In this document: positions 19,994 to 30,311 of the stretch, piece by piece
Layout of the letters: each line of letters begins with the position of its first letter
Position numbering within the stretch: position 1 is the stretch's first letter
Source of the DNA: Promethearchaeota archaeon
GTDB taxonomy: Archaea; Asgardarchaeota; Lokiarchaeia; Sigyniarchaeales; SOKP01
DNA: 64,000 bases
NCBI GenBank assembly: GCA_016840085.1
Contig: JAEOTA010000064.1
Location: 1-64,000, forward strand
Direction of reading: 5' to 3'
The notes under the pieces: generated by a model
Database searches by the model: none
What the model was told of the DNA's origin: nothing
Seen by the model: only the letters and a program-made list of their open reading frames with translations
Made by a program: the position numbers and the translations under genes

Positions 19994-20797
19994 ATGTCTG
20001 ATTTAAGTATGTTAAAAACAAAAATTAATTATAATGCCGTGTGGATACTAGCAAAAAGAGAGTTAGTAGGATTCTGGAGAAGTAAATCAAGAGTTATATC
20101 ATCATTAGCTCAGGGTTTATTATTCTTAATTGTATTTGGTGCCGGATTTTCATCTTTCTCAATAACTATTGAGGGCACGTCTATTAATCCAAGAGCTTTC
20201 ACAGCTTCTGGAGTTGCAGCAATAGTCATATTATTTACAGGAATATTTGGTGGTATGGCAATATTTCGAGATAAAATGTTTGGATTCATGAAAGAATTAT
20301 TAGTTGCTCCTGTAAGTCGTAGAACACTGATGCTAGGAAGAACTTTGGGGATTGCTTTACAAACACTAGTACAAGTAATAATTATGATCGGTTTAAGTAT
20401 AGCTATTGGGTCTTTCGGATATGATCTCGATTTAATTTGGCGAGTATTATTGGTATTGCCTGTAGCTTTATTAGCAAGTATTGGGATAGTGGGTATGGGA
20501 TTAACGATAAGTACTCGTCTAAATGACATGCAGTCCTTCGGATTAATCCAAACTTTTATTGTGATGCCAATGTTCTGGATTTCGGGTGCCCTATTTGCTT
20601 TTAACACCGTGCCACTTTTTATGCAAATAGCGATGATGTGCAATCCATTCACTTATAGTGTAGATTTATTTCGGGCAGTTTTATTAGGTGCATCTTTTTT
20701 CCCTATTTGGTTGGATCTTATCGTAATGACTTGTTTTGGGGCATTATTTATCCTTATTGGTGCTCGATCATTTAATAAAATGGAGATAAGTCAATAA
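19994..20797 (+). CDS. DrrB-like ABC-2 permease
   Basis: DKMFGFMKELLVAPVSR, NPFTYSVD, 6 TM segments. Confidence 0.9.
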   Translation: MSDLSMLKTKINYNAVWILAKRELVGFWRSKSRVISSLAQGLLFLIVFGAGFSSFSITIEGTSINPRAFTASGVAAIVILFTGIFGGMAIFRDKMFGFMKELLVAPVSRRTLMLGRTLGIALQTLVQVIIMIGLSIAIGSFGYDLDLIWRVLLVLPVALLASIGIVGMGLTISTRLNDMQSFGLIQTFIVMPMFWISGALFAFNTVPLFMQIAMMCNPFTYSVDLFRAVLLGASFFPIWLDLIVMTCFGALFILIGARSFNKMEISQ

Positions 20798-20909
20798 GAA
20801 CAAATTTATTAAAAACTTTCAATTACTTTTTAAAATATCCTTTTTTGAAAAAATAAAAAACAATAATTATAAGAAGAAGTAGAGATAGAGGAAAAGGAGT
20901 CGATTTTTT

Positions 20910-22679
20910 ATGAATTCTGCTCAAATGATATTAAAGTACTGGTTAAAATCGAAGAAATTTTTTATTCTTGAATTCACATTCTTATTGTTATCTACAATTT
21001 TTTATATAATTATCCCTATATTTATAGGAAGGATGGTTGGTGTATTAGATCCCAATCGTTCAGTTATAGCTAATGCTAGTGATCTATTGATTAACTTCTT
21101 TTTTATATTAATATTTACGAGCTTAAGATATATATTTAATAGAGCTGCAAGACTTAGAGGTGCTGAAGTGTCTTCTAGGGCAGTTTATCATCTTCGCACA
21201 GATATTAGTAATGCTATTTACCGTCAATCATTCTCATATTTTGATAAGACAGAAACAGGTCAATTAATATCTCGGGCTACCAGTGATGTAGAAGAAACAC
21301 AACAGATATTTGGAATGGGTTTAACTTTAGGTATACAATCATTTCTTCAGATAGGAGGTGTAATTCTAGGATTTCTTCTCTTTAGTATAGAATTATCTTT
21401 TATCTTAATTATAGCAATAGTACTTTCTTTAATCTTATCTTATTTTATTGCAAAAAAATTAAAACCCATATTTTTAGAAACAAGAGAAAGTTTTGGTGAT
21501 GTAACTAATACTATAAGAGAAAACATTGTGGGGGCTCAAGTAGTTCGTATGTTTAACACGCAGAATAAAGAATATCAAAAATTCCAAAAAAACAATAAAA
21601 GATTTTATAAAGCAAGTGTAGATTCTGTTAAATATAATTCCATTTATATGCCTTCCATTTATATCCTTATCGGGATTTTAACAATTATTACTTTATTTAT
21701 TGGAGGAATGTGGGTTATTGAAGGGAGAATGGAACTTGAAACAATAGTAATTTTACTTTCCTACATTGCATCTCTGGGTTTTCCATTAATGATGTTAGGA
21801 CAAATCATGTTAGTATATATTCAAGCAGATGCCGCACTCACCCGAGTAAGGGAAGTTTTGGAATCTACTCCAGATATAAAAGACTTTCCAAATGCGAATC
21901 CAATAATTTCTCTAAAAGGAGACATTGAATTTGATAATGTGTCTTTTGGATATACCCATGATCATCGGATTTTAAAAGATGTATCATTTAAAATACCCAC
22001 AGGAAAAACCTTGGCGATCTTGGGTACCACTGGTTCTGGAAAATCTACAATAATCAATTTGATACCTCGCTTCTATGAAGCAAGTGATGGAAATATTAAA
22101 ATTGATCAAATAGATATACGTAATTATCTATTAAAGGATTTAAGACAAAATATCGGTATTGTGTCCCAGGAAACTTTCTTATTTAATAAATCAATTGCTG
22201 ATAATATTGCTTATGGGAAAAATGATTCTTCAAGAGATGAAATTATTAAAGCTGCTCAAATTTCTGATTTACATGATTTTATTATTTCTTTACCTAAAGG
22301 ATATGATACTATAGTTGGTGAGAGAGGTACAAGACTATCTGGTGGGCAAAAACAGCGTTTATCAATAGCTCGAGCATTAATAATCAAACCAAAAATCTTA
22401 ATTTTAGACGATTCAACAAGTTCTGTTGATGTTGAAACTGAGTATAAAATTCAAAAAGCACTTACGAAAATAATGAAAGAGACCACAACTATTATTATTA
22501 CCCAAAGAATTTCTACAATCAGAGGAGCAGATTACATTTTGATTCTAGATAGAGGTCGCGTAGTTGGTTTTGGAACTCATGATGAATTGATAAAAGCAAA
22601 TGTTCTATATAAACAAATCTACGAAACTCTATACCAAAAACAAAAATCAAAAATTAAATTAGAAGAAGGAACTAACTAA
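20910..22679 (+). CDS. ABC exporter, fused TMD-NBD (MdlA/MsbA-like)
   Basis: TMD plus GTTGSGKS, LSGGQKQR, degenerate LDDS and TQR switch. Confidence 0.92.
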   Translation: MNSAQMILKYWLKSKKFFILEFTFLLLSTIFYIIIPIFIGRMVGVLDPNRSVIANASDLLINFFFILIFTSLRYIFNRAARLRGAEVSSRAVYHLRTDISNAIYRQSFSYFDKTETGQLISRATSDVEETQQIFGMGLTLGIQSFLQIGGVILGFLLFSIELSFILIIAIVLSLILSYFIAKKLKPIFLETRESFGDVTNTIRENIVGAQVVRMFNTQNKEYQKFQKNNKRFYKASVDSVKYNSIYMPSIYILIGILTIITLFIGGMWVIEGRMELETIVILLSYIASLGFPLMMLGQIMLVYIQADAALTRVREVLESTPDIKDFPNANPIISLKGDIEFDNVSFGYTHDHRILKDVSFKIPTGKTLAILGTTGSGKSTIINLIPRFYEASDGNIKIDQIDIRNYLLKDLRQNIGIVSQETFLFNKSIADNIAYGKNDSSRDEIIKAAQISDLHDFIISLPKGYDTIVGERGTRLSGGQKQRLSIARALIIKPKILILDDSTSSVDVETEYKIQKALTKIMKETTTIIITQRISTIRGADYILILDRGRVVGFGTHDELIKANVLYKQIYETLYQKQKSKIKLEEGTN

Positions 22680-22683
22680 AAGG

Positions 22684-25182
22684 GTGATAAAATTAGTGTA
22701 TAACAATCAAGAGGATAAAGACGAAGAGGAGCAAAAAGAAATAATTCAACCTAGCGCAAGTTCCCGACATCGATTTATGTTTGAAGATGAGAAAGCTAAA
22801 TTAGATCATCCAAGAAAAGAATTATGGAAATGGCTATTGTCATATATAATTCCATTTCGATGGAAATTTTCATTATTTTTCATATTTTTGTTAATAGGCA
22901 CGGTTATATTATCTATAACCCCGGTATTATCAGCAAGCATTATAGATAATGGAATCGTTACTAGAAATGGCGATTATATTCTAATGATGAGTACGATTTA
23001 TTTATCTTTAATGATTTTGATGGCAATAACTAATTATATATCCCAATTTGGTATGGGTAAATTATCTCAGAGAATTACTTTTGAGATTAGAAATGATATT
23101 TTCTTTAAATTACAAGAAATGTCTTTAAGTTATTTTGATCAAAGATCATCAGGAGATATTATATCAATAACAACTAACGATGTTACAATCCTTAATCAAT
23201 TAGTTGGTGGTCAATTTGTTCAAATTATAACTAGTTTTGTTTCAATTGTCCTAACAGTTGTATTTATGTATATATTGAATCCATTTTTGGCTCTAATTAG
23301 TATGGTAATTTTTCCATTATTTTTTTTTACAACATATATTTTTAGAAAGATCGCAATTAAATTATTCAAAGAATCAAGAAAGACAATTGGTAAAGTTACT
23401 TCTTCGATACAAGAAAATATTGAAGGAGCAAAAGTTGTTCAAGCATATGGGCAAGAAAAAAGAGCTTCTTCAGAATTTGATAAAGCTAATATAGCAAATT
23501 ATAATGCAATGGTTAAAATTCGAAGATATATGGCAACCATCTTTCCTTTAATTACATTAATTACAACTATCCTTACAGCAGGGATTTTATTAGCTGGGGG
23601 ATTTACAATTCTAGGAAATGTCTCTATTTTTGGAATTCCTGTTTCAGTAGGCGTACTTAGTGCCTATATCAGTATTTTAGGTCAATTCTTCAGACCCTTT
23701 ATGATGTTAATGCAAATTCAACAAGTAATCGAAGCAGCTATGGCTGCAAGTGACCGAATATATTCTATATTAGAAGAAAAAGCAGAAATTCCAGATCCAA
23801 GTTCACCTAAAGTATTCAGTGAAGTGGAAGGTGGTGTTGAATTTGAAACAGTAAGTTTTGGCTACACATTTAAGAAAAATCAAATAGTTGATGAGAAGCC
23901 TTTAGGAAACTCTATGATGAATCAAGTTATCAAGACAATAAACTCCTTTCCTGAACCTTATTCATCTTTTATTCTTGATAATATGAGATTTATACCTAAT
24001 AATATTAGACAAAAACTTTTTTTAAATCTGATGGGAAGTACACCAGATGAAATTCCAGAAAAAATTGATAAAATTTTAGCCGAATTTCAATTTGCAGTTC
24101 CTAATACAGTGATAGCAAGTAAATATCCTGAATATAAGAATTCTTTTAAACTTAAATCTTTAGAAGATAATTTAAAAAAAAAAAAAGATTTTACATTTGA
24201 ACAAATGATATCATCAGAAACAGTTCTTATGATGGTAAAATTCTTAGAAAGAGCATTGCGAGCCGAGAGAGGAATACAATCGAGTAGTGCTAGAATGGGC
24301 GGAGAAGGTGGAAATTTAATTAGTGGTAAAATGGGGCGTATGTCGCCTAGTACTATCAAAAGAATGCTTGCTAGTATTGAAATTTCTCCCGAAATCCAAG
24401 AACAGATACCTAAACTTGTATTTGACGCCATTGAAGAACAAAAAAAAATTATTCAACATGAACAATCAACGGGTTATGTTTTAAAAAATCTTGATCTAAA
24501 AATATCTTCAGGCATAACATTAGCTATTGTAGGAGAAACTGGTGCAGGTAAGACTACCTTGATCAAATTAATTGCACGATTTTATGATATAAATGATGGA
24601 AATATTCTTATTGATGGTATAGATGTTCGAAATGTTCGAAAGGAAGATTTAAGAAATTTGATTGGGATTGTCCCCCAAGATGCTTTTATTTTTACAGGAA
24701 CAATCGAGGAAAATATATTATATGCATTTGAAGAGCCAACTCCAGAATTAAAACAAAGAATGATTGAAATCTCGAAATTTCTGGGTTTACATAATTTCAT
24801 TGAAACCCTATATAAGGATTATAATACAAAATTAAAAGAGAACGGTTCAAACATTTCTATTGGTCAAAGACAACTAATTGCTTTTGCGAGAGCCTTAATA
24901 ACTAATCCTAAAATCCTAATACTGGATGAAGCTACATCCTCAGTTGATCCATATACAGAAACATTAATTCAAGATGCATTAAATAAAGCACGCAAGGGAC
25001 GAACTACAATTATTATAGCCCACCGTCTATCAACAATAAAAAACGCTGATCAAATAATCGTTTTAAGTGCTGATAAAAAAGCAATAATAGAACAAGGAGA
25101 TCACGATACATTACTTTCCTTGAATGGAAAGTATAAGCGTCTACTAGAAATGCAACATCGTGATATTGAAGTAGATAAATAA
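22684..25182 (+). CDS. ABC exporter, fused TMD-NBD (MdlB-like) with a 200-aa insertion in the NBD
   Basis: GETGAGKTT, ISIGQRQ, LDEAT, AHRL; probable heterodimer partner of the upstream gene. Confidence 0.92.
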   Translation: MIKLVYNNQEDKDEEEQKEIIQPSASSRHRFMFEDEKAKLDHPRKELWKWLLSYIIPFRWKFSLFFIFLLIGTVILSITPVLSASIIDNGIVTRNGDYILMMSTIYLSLMILMAITNYISQFGMGKLSQRITFEIRNDIFFKLQEMSLSYFDQRSSGDIISITTNDVTILNQLVGGQFVQIITSFVSIVLTVVFMYILNPFLALISMVIFPLFFFTTYIFRKIAIKLFKESRKTIGKVTSSIQENIEGAKVVQAYGQEKRASSEFDKANIANYNAMVKIRRYMATIFPLITLITTILTAGILLAGGFTILGNVSIFGIPVSVGVLSAYISILGQFFRPFMMLMQIQQVIEAAMAASDRIYSILEEKAEIPDPSSPKVFSEVEGGVEFETVSFGYTFKKNQIVDEKPLGNSMMNQVIKTINSFPEPYSSFILDNMRFIPNNIRQKLFLNLMGSTPDEIPEKIDKILAEFQFAVPNTVIASKYPEYKNSFKLKSLEDNLKKKKDFTFEQMISSETVLMMVKFLERALRAERGIQSSSARMGGEGGNLISGKMGRMSPSTIKRMLASIEISPEIQEQIPKLVFDAIEEQKKIIQHEQSTGYVLKNLDLKISSGITLAIVGETGAGKTTLIKLIARFYDINDGNILIDGIDVRNVRKEDLRNLIGIVPQDAFIFTGTIEENILYAFEEPTPELKQRMIEISKFLGLHNFIETLYKDYNTKLKENGSNISIGQRQLIAFARALITNPKILILDEATSSVDPYTETLIQDALNKARKGRTTIIIAHRLSTIKNADQIIVLSADKKAIIEQGDHDTLLSLNGKYKRLLEMQHRDIEVDK

Positions 25183-25292
25183 GGTAATTTCTACTACTTA
25201 TTTTCAAATCTATATACTAAATTTTTTAAAAAACCCTAAATTAGAATCTACTTTTAATTAATATAATAAATTATTCTCGAGGTGAAGTAGGA

Positions 25293-26015
25293 ATTCCATA
25301 TTTCGATTATTCTGGAAAAAAAATTTTCTATCAAATCAAAGATAATAATTTTCAAAATGCCCTTATTTTTATCCATGGATCTGGTGGAAATTCAAATATT
25401 TGGAGAGAACAATTTAATCTAAATATTGATTATAACATATATGCTCTTGATTTACCCTCTCACAATAATTCTGATGAGTTTTTAGAACACTCTCTTGAAT
25501 TATATGTAGATGTAGTTAGAAGGTTTATAGAAACTTTAGATCTAAAAAATGTTATTTTAGGTGGTCATTCCTTAGGGGGAGCAGTAATACAATCTTACTA
25601 TTTTAAGTATCCAAGCGATATCACCGCATTAATTTTAATTGGAACTGGAGGGAGATTGCGTGTTATGCCCGTAATCTTAGAAACTGTGAAAAATAACTTT
25701 CAAATGTTTATAGATAGTATAGATGATGATCTTAAAAAGGAGTATTTGAAAACAGCCCCGAACGTTATATATGATGATTTTAAAATTTGTGATGGATTTG
25801 ATACACTTGATAAAACTGCCTTAATCAATATCCCTTGTTTAATATTAGTTGGTAAAGAAGATATTATGACTCCTGTAAAATATTCCGAATTTTTTCACAA
25901 AAAGATTAACATTTCTGAACTTGTAATAATTGAGAAGGCAGGGCATTTGGTAATGTTAGAACAGCCAAGAAAAATGAATCAAGCAATAGAAAATTTTATT
26001 AATAATTATTTTTGA
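25293..26015 (+). CDS. Alpha/beta hydrolase, probable ATT start
   Basis: Frame is open 121 codons upstream of the track ORF (25656) and encodes IPYFDY..FIHGSGG..LDLPSH..GHSLGG; SD-like GAGGTGA at 25279-25285. Confidence 0.85.
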   Translation: MPYFDYSGKKIFYQIKDNNFQNALIFIHGSGGNSNIWREQFNLNIDYNIYALDLPSHNNSDEFLEHSLELYVDVVRRFIETLDLKNVILGGHSLGGAVIQSYYFKYPSDITALILIGTGGRLRVMPVILETVKNNFQMFIDSIDDDLKKEYLKTAPNVIYDDFKICDGFDTLDKTALINIPCLILVGKEDIMTPVKYSEFFHKKINISELVIIEKAGHLVMLEQPRKMNQAIENFINNYF

Positions 26016-26502
26016 ATCATAAGGAATAAAAATTTCTTTAACCTTTATTAAACACTTTCCTGATTATAGAATTAAAAGATTTATTTTTGAATTTAATACT
26101 GATCGTATTGTTCTTAGTAATATTGAAATACTTTTTTCTATAATTTGGAAAATGAACTTCATACTACTATGAAGTATTTAACAAGTATTTTATGAATGAG
26201 GTTTACATTATATTTATAAAGAAAAAATTTCATGAAATCTTTTCAAAGTATTTATAAAGACAAAATCGCTTGGGTCGATAAAGCATAAATTATTAAATTT
26301 ATTACCCCTTATAATTTAATAGAATTGAAGCTTCTAAATTTAAACAAATAAAGTTTATAAACACGTTAAATAGATTATTAAAATTAGTACTATTTTAGAG
26401 TAAAATAAATTGGTTATATTCTTATGGGAAATTTGTTAAAACTCTATAAAATTCTAATAATATTTAATTATTGAGTCTAAGATTGGGTTTTGATCAATAA
26501 TA

Positions 26503-28242
26503 ATGGATAATGAAAAAGATGTAAATTGTCAAGATAGAAAAAAACATTATAATAAAGGATATCAGCACAAAAACAATTCAGAATTTAAAAATTATTTTAA
26601 TTATAAAGAATTAGAATGTGTTCCTATTTTTGATAATTTGAATAATCAAAACAATCTTTTTCAAGGATCTATTGCTGATATTATTAAAAATATAATAATG
26701 TTGGCGAACGAAAAGAGAATTAGACTTAAAATGTTTACTCAACAATTAGAAATATTTAAAAACTATACAACGAATTCTGAAAGGACTGTCTTTATGACTG
26801 CCACAAAATTACTTCAAGATCTTATATTGGATGGCAAAATACCCGTTTTCATAAATAATTCTTATCAAACTTCATTAGGGAGGAGTTATATTAGTAGAGG
26901 TGAAAAAGGTTTTGATCATTTTTATTCATATGCTGAAGCAATATATGAACATCGTTGTCTATTTGATATGAATACAAAAATAGATATTTATATTGGACAC
27001 ACGGAAAAAACGATAAGAAAAAGGTTTGAATATGAAATTGAGAAAGCTATTAATGAATATAAAGAGCTAGGGGAATTACCATCCAGATTAATTGAACAAG
27101 CTATATTGATAGCTACTGAAAAAGAAGTTAGTGCTGTGGGAGTTAAAATTTATGGAGTAGAGAATGAAAAATATAATGATCTAGATCATTTTCTTAGTGT
27201 GTATTTAAGCTTACAAGAAAGTTTTAAATTTAATATTAGAAAACAGCTGGCAGATTCTCTTTTAAAAAAATATTTTGAAACAAATATCCTTGAAAAACAT
27301 TATTCAAAAATAGATGTGTGTGATCGTGAAAAATGGTACAAACAGAATTATCCAGATTCATATGGAACGGTCAATCCATTTGGGCTTAATATGAATTCTA
27401 ATGTTGAAAGTGTTAAGAAATATATTACCTTACCGATGTATGATATTGCCTTTATGCTCTCTTTAGGATATCGAGTACCTAAAATTTCAAAATTATTAAA
27501 AAAATTATATGGAATAAAGGAGGCTTCTGAAGATAATGTTTATGCCCGAATAGCACAATTCTATTGTAGTGTTGAAAATGTTGAAGATAAATTTTTAAAA
27601 CCTGTTATTCAAGCATTATTAGAAAATTATCCTGAGCTATCAGGAGAAAAAATTGGTGAAATAATTCATAGGAAAGGAGGTAAACAATTCTTTGAAGCAG
27701 AAGGATGTCCATTTAAACGATGGTTTGGAGATATTAAATTAAGGGAATTAAAAAAGGCCATGGCTCTTAATGATTTTAACTGGACTAATATAAGTTATTT
27801 AGTAGAAAAAATTAGGAAAGGAGATTATATAAAAGGATTTCATAAATCTCATTGGATAAAATTATTTATAAAAGGAGCTTCTAATGATGAGTTAGCATCA
27901 AATGCAGGTTATGAAAGTGCCGATTCTTTTAGAAAACATTTCTTTGAATTGGAAGAAACCAAAAAAGCATTTGGTGTTTCTAGCAAAAAAGAAGCCATAA
28001 AAAAATATAGAAAGTTAAAAACCATTATAATATTAAAAAATACCTGTTCACTTTCGTTCTCGACTTTTGAAAATATATATACGAATATATTTGGATTTCA
28101 GAGTCGTCAAGAATACGTAAGTAAGTATAAACAACATTATAATACTGGAGATTATTTATTCGAAAGATCTCTTAAAAACTATTTTGAGGCATTATTTGAT
28201 GGAATGTCCTTGCAAGAGATAATAGTTGTATATGGATTTTAA
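26503..28242 (+). CDS. Large hypothetical protein with GIY-YIG-like nuclease motifs
   Basis: AIY...IYIGHT..IRKRF, DREKWY, NPFGLN. Confidence 0.6.
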   Translation: MDNEKDVNCQDRKKHYNKGYQHKNNSEFKNYFNYKELECVPIFDNLNNQNNLFQGSIADIIKNIIMLANEKRIRLKMFTQQLEIFKNYTTNSERTVFMTATKLLQDLILDGKIPVFINNSYQTSLGRSYISRGEKGFDHFYSYAEAIYEHRCLFDMNTKIDIYIGHTEKTIRKRFEYEIEKAINEYKELGELPSRLIEQAILIATEKEVSAVGVKIYGVENEKYNDLDHFLSVYLSLQESFKFNIRKQLADSLLKKYFETNILEKHYSKIDVCDREKWYKQNYPDSYGTVNPFGLNMNSNVESVKKYITLPMYDIAFMLSLGYRVPKISKLLKKLYGIKEASEDNVYARIAQFYCSVENVEDKFLKPVIQALLENYPELSGEKIGEIIHRKGGKQFFEAEGCPFKRWFGDIKLRELKKAMALNDFNWTNISYLVEKIRKGDYIKGFHKSHWIKLFIKGASNDELASNAGYESADSFRKHFFELEETKKAFGVSSKKEAIKKYRKLKTIIILKNTCSLSFSTFENIYTNIFGFQSRQEYVSKYKQHYNTGDYLFERSLKNYFEALFDGMSLQEIIVVYGF

Positions 28243-28408
28243 AATATTTATCTGCTACTATTAATTAATAAAGTTAACTTTTTTCTTAATCTAACCTTTT
28301 AATTATTGCAGAGAATAGATATAGAATATGATTTTTAAATTATAATTCTCAATTTCAAAATAATTTGTATGAAAAGAAAAAAAATTAGCCATTTATAAAA
28401 TTTTAAGA

Positions 28409-29206
28409 ATGCGTCAGTACACATATGGTCCTTTTCAATCAAGACGATTAGGGCTCTCATTAGGCGTAAATGTTTTGCTAAATTATAAATTATGCACTTT
28501 CAATTGTGTTTATTGTGAAATTGGTTTAACAGATCAAGAAAATTTTGTGTCTCCAGAATTTAGAATAAAATTACCGCCTTCACCACACTTTAGAAAAGAA
28601 TTAATTTCAATCTTAAAATATGTACCTCATCTAAATTCTATTACTTTTGGATATAATGGTGAACCTACATTAAATGAAAATTTATTAGATTTCTTAGAAG
28701 TAGCTTCAGATGTGAGAGAGAGGTTAAATTGGACAAACAAAAGACCTATTCTTACATTATTTACTAATTCTAGTACTTTATATTTTAAAGATATAAGAGA
28801 AAAAGTCAGAGAATTTGAACTTGTTTTAGCAAAATTAGATGTAGCAACTAATGACGATTTTAAAAGAACTAATCGACCACACAGCAAATCAACAAATATT
28901 GAAATTATTATTGAATCACTTACTAAACTAAGGCAAGAAATGCCTAGAGGACATAAATTAGCTATTCAAAGTTTAATTTATAATTCATATAGAGAAGATT
29001 TCATTCCAAATAATAATACTATAAATTTGAACAAATTAGCTCAAGCCTTAAAAATGATAAGACCTGATTTTATACAAATTTATTCGACAGCAAGGATACC
29101 CGCAGAATATTTTGTCTATTCGATAGATGACGAAAGAAAAAGGGAAATAGTGAAAGAATTAAAACTTAAAATTAATGATGATGATATTAAAATAAATTAT
29201 TATTAG
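28409..29206 (+). CDS. Radical SAM Fe-S oxidoreductase (COG0731-like)
   Basis: YGPFQSRRLGLSLGVN, CTFNCVYC, GEPTL. Confidence 0.85.
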   Translation: MRQYTYGPFQSRRLGLSLGVNVLLNYKLCTFNCVYCEIGLTDQENFVSPEFRIKLPPSPHFRKELISILKYVPHLNSITFGYNGEPTLNENLLDFLEVASDVRERLNWTNKRPILTLFTNSSTLYFKDIREKVREFELVLAKLDVATNDDFKRTNRPHSKSTNIEIIIESLTKLRQEMPRGHKLAIQSLIYNSYREDFIPNNNTINLNKLAQALKMIRPDFIQIYSTARIPAEYFVYSIDDERKREIVKELKLKINDDDIKINYY

Positions 29207-29270
29207 TAGGTTAAACAAAAATATTTATAATTTATTTTTTTATTAAGTAGATATTTATAGATTTAATTTA

Positions 29271-30284
29271 GTGATTGAAATCGACGAGAAATATATTGCT
29301 GGAGTAGATATAGGAGGAACTTGGATACGAGTTGCGGTTTGTCCAGTAAATTTAAAAGAAGAAAGTATTAGAATAAAAATCACTAAAACATTAAAAGAAA
29401 ATAAATATTCAATTAGTAATTCAGTTTGTAAGCTTATATCAGAATTAATAGATGAAAATTATATTAAAAAAACACAAATTTTAGGAATAGGTGTAGCTTC
29501 AGCTGGTCCATTAAATACTGAAACAGGCGTTGTCTTTAATAATGCTAATTTAGGATTTAGAGAAATTCCTTTAAAAGAACCAATTGAAGAGAAATTTCAC
29601 GGAATACCTCTATATTTTATTAATGATTGTAATGGAGCTGTGTTAGGTGTGCATTACTTTGAAGCAGATGGAGGGGAAAGAGATAACCTTGTATATATCA
29701 CTATTTCTACTGGAGTGGGAGGAGGTGTCATCTGTAATGGGCATCTATTACTAGGTAAAGAGGGAAATGCGGCAGAAGTAGGGCATGCATTAGTTGAGCC
29801 AAGAAGTAGAGCTCAATGTAATTGTGGAGCGTATGGGTGTTGGGAAGCTTATAGTTCTGGAACAGGTGTCCGAAACAGGGCATTAGATGCATTGCAAGAA
29901 GGAAAACTTAATGCAGATATCTTAATGAGCATTTTAGAAGAAGATAAATCTAAATTAACAGCCAAAGAAGTTTTTCAAGCAGCTAGAGAAGGTGATGAAT
30001 TATCTAAAAAGATAGTTAATGATTGCATATTCTATACAAAAGTAGGAATTGGTATAGTTAATAATTATTATGATTGTACTTCAATTTATTTTGGAGGGGC
30101 AATGATGAAGGATAAAGAACAGATAATTCCTCACGTAATTGAGCAATTTGAGAGGGATCCTATTAAATTCACTATGAATCATCCTCCAAAAATAAAATTA
30201 ACAAAATATCGAGATGAAATTGGTTTAAGAGGAGCATTAGCTTTTGTGAAATATAAATTAGAAAATCACCAAGTTATTTCTTAA
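29271..30284 (+). CDS. ROK family sugar kinase (glucokinase-like)
   Basis: GVDIGGT, NDCNG, STGVGGG, EVGH, CNCGAYGCWE. Confidence 0.92.
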   Translation: MIEIDEKYIAGVDIGGTWIRVAVCPVNLKEESIRIKITKTLKENKYSISNSVCKLISELIDENYIKKTQILGIGVASAGPLNTETGVVFNNANLGFREIPLKEPIEEKFHGIPLYFINDCNGAVLGVHYFEADGGERDNLVYITISTGVGGGVICNGHLLLGKEGNAAEVGHALVEPRSRAQCNCGAYGCWEAYSSGTGVRNRALDALQEGKLNADILMSILEEDKSKLTAKEVFQAAREGDELSKKIVNDCIFYTKVGIGIVNNYYDCTSIYFGGAMMKDKEQIIPHVIEQFERDPIKFTMNHPPKIKLTKYRDEIGLRGALAFVKYKLENHQVIS

Positions 30285-30311
30285 AATTGAATCAAAAATG
30301 AAGAAATTCTA

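Noticed and set aside
23869-24470. Intein in the ABC exporter
   Set aside because: No N-terminal Cys/Ser block, no C-terminal His-Asn and no LAGLIDADG motifs.
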